Assembly (NCBI GenBank): GCA_043228905.1 | Contig: JBHGNT010000005.1 | Location: 16,368,001-16,432,000 of the forward strand | From: Azolla caroliniana | Lineage: Eukaryota; Plantae; Polypodiophyta | DNA: 64,000 nt | Direction: 5' to 3' | In this document: positions 63,750 to 64,000 of the stretch, piece after piece | Layout of the letters: every line of letters starts with the position of its first letter | Position numbering within the stretch: position 1 is the stretch's first letter | Notes under the pieces: generated by a model | What the model saw: only the letters and a program-made list of their open reading frames with translations | Told to the model about the DNA's origin: nothing | Databases searched by the model: none | Made by a program: the position numbers and the translations under genes

Positions 63750-64000
63750 ATGCGTGATTTTCGCATTCCAAGCTCAGGGGGCTTGCTTCAGACCATAAAG
63801 TGACTTTTTGAGTCAGCACACTACCGACCTATTTAGCTCCGATTGAAAACCGAGGGGTTGGATCATATAGACCCGTTCTTCAAGGTCACCTTGAAGAAAC
63901 ACATTCTTCATGTCCATTTGGTGAAGATGCCATCCCGTTGCCGCAACAACAACCAGTACCACATGGACCGTCGTCATCTTCGTTACTAGAATGAAGGTCT
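63750..64000 (-). mobile_element. Ty1/Copia RT fragment
   Basis: [32 protein letters not shown]. Confidence 0.88.

Overview
Plant nuclear DNA, most likely a non-seed land plant such as a fern (inferred from the TE lineages). There is one intact host gene: a 7-exon TTL-family TPR + thioredoxin-like gene on the minus strand (27829-35805, about 981 aa). The rest is dense, nested transposable elements. Left to right: an Athila-like Ty3/Gypsy (1-5344) inserted in a probable DNA transposon (5345-10820) that carries a transposase C-terminus, a convergent RING + FCP1-like pseudo-phosphatase gene and two motif satellites; a Copia (10815-23986) with three nested insertions; two solo LTRs; the TTL gene; a Bianca Copia; further Copia fragments hosting a tRNA-Trp-primed Gypsy with its own three nested insertions; an RTE-X-like LINE, an L1 fragment and an internally deleted Tcn1-like Gypsy. 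Most unusual observations: (1) a young non-autonomous LTR element (46230-48686) with a tRNA-Arg PBS at both ends, no PPT, and an LTR hairpin shared with a LINE 3' end; (2) antisense tRNA-like A-box/B-box cassettes in five LTRs from two Gypsy lineages; (3) the cargo gene and palindromic arrays of the DNA transposon. All family assignments are by eye from motifs; no searches were run.
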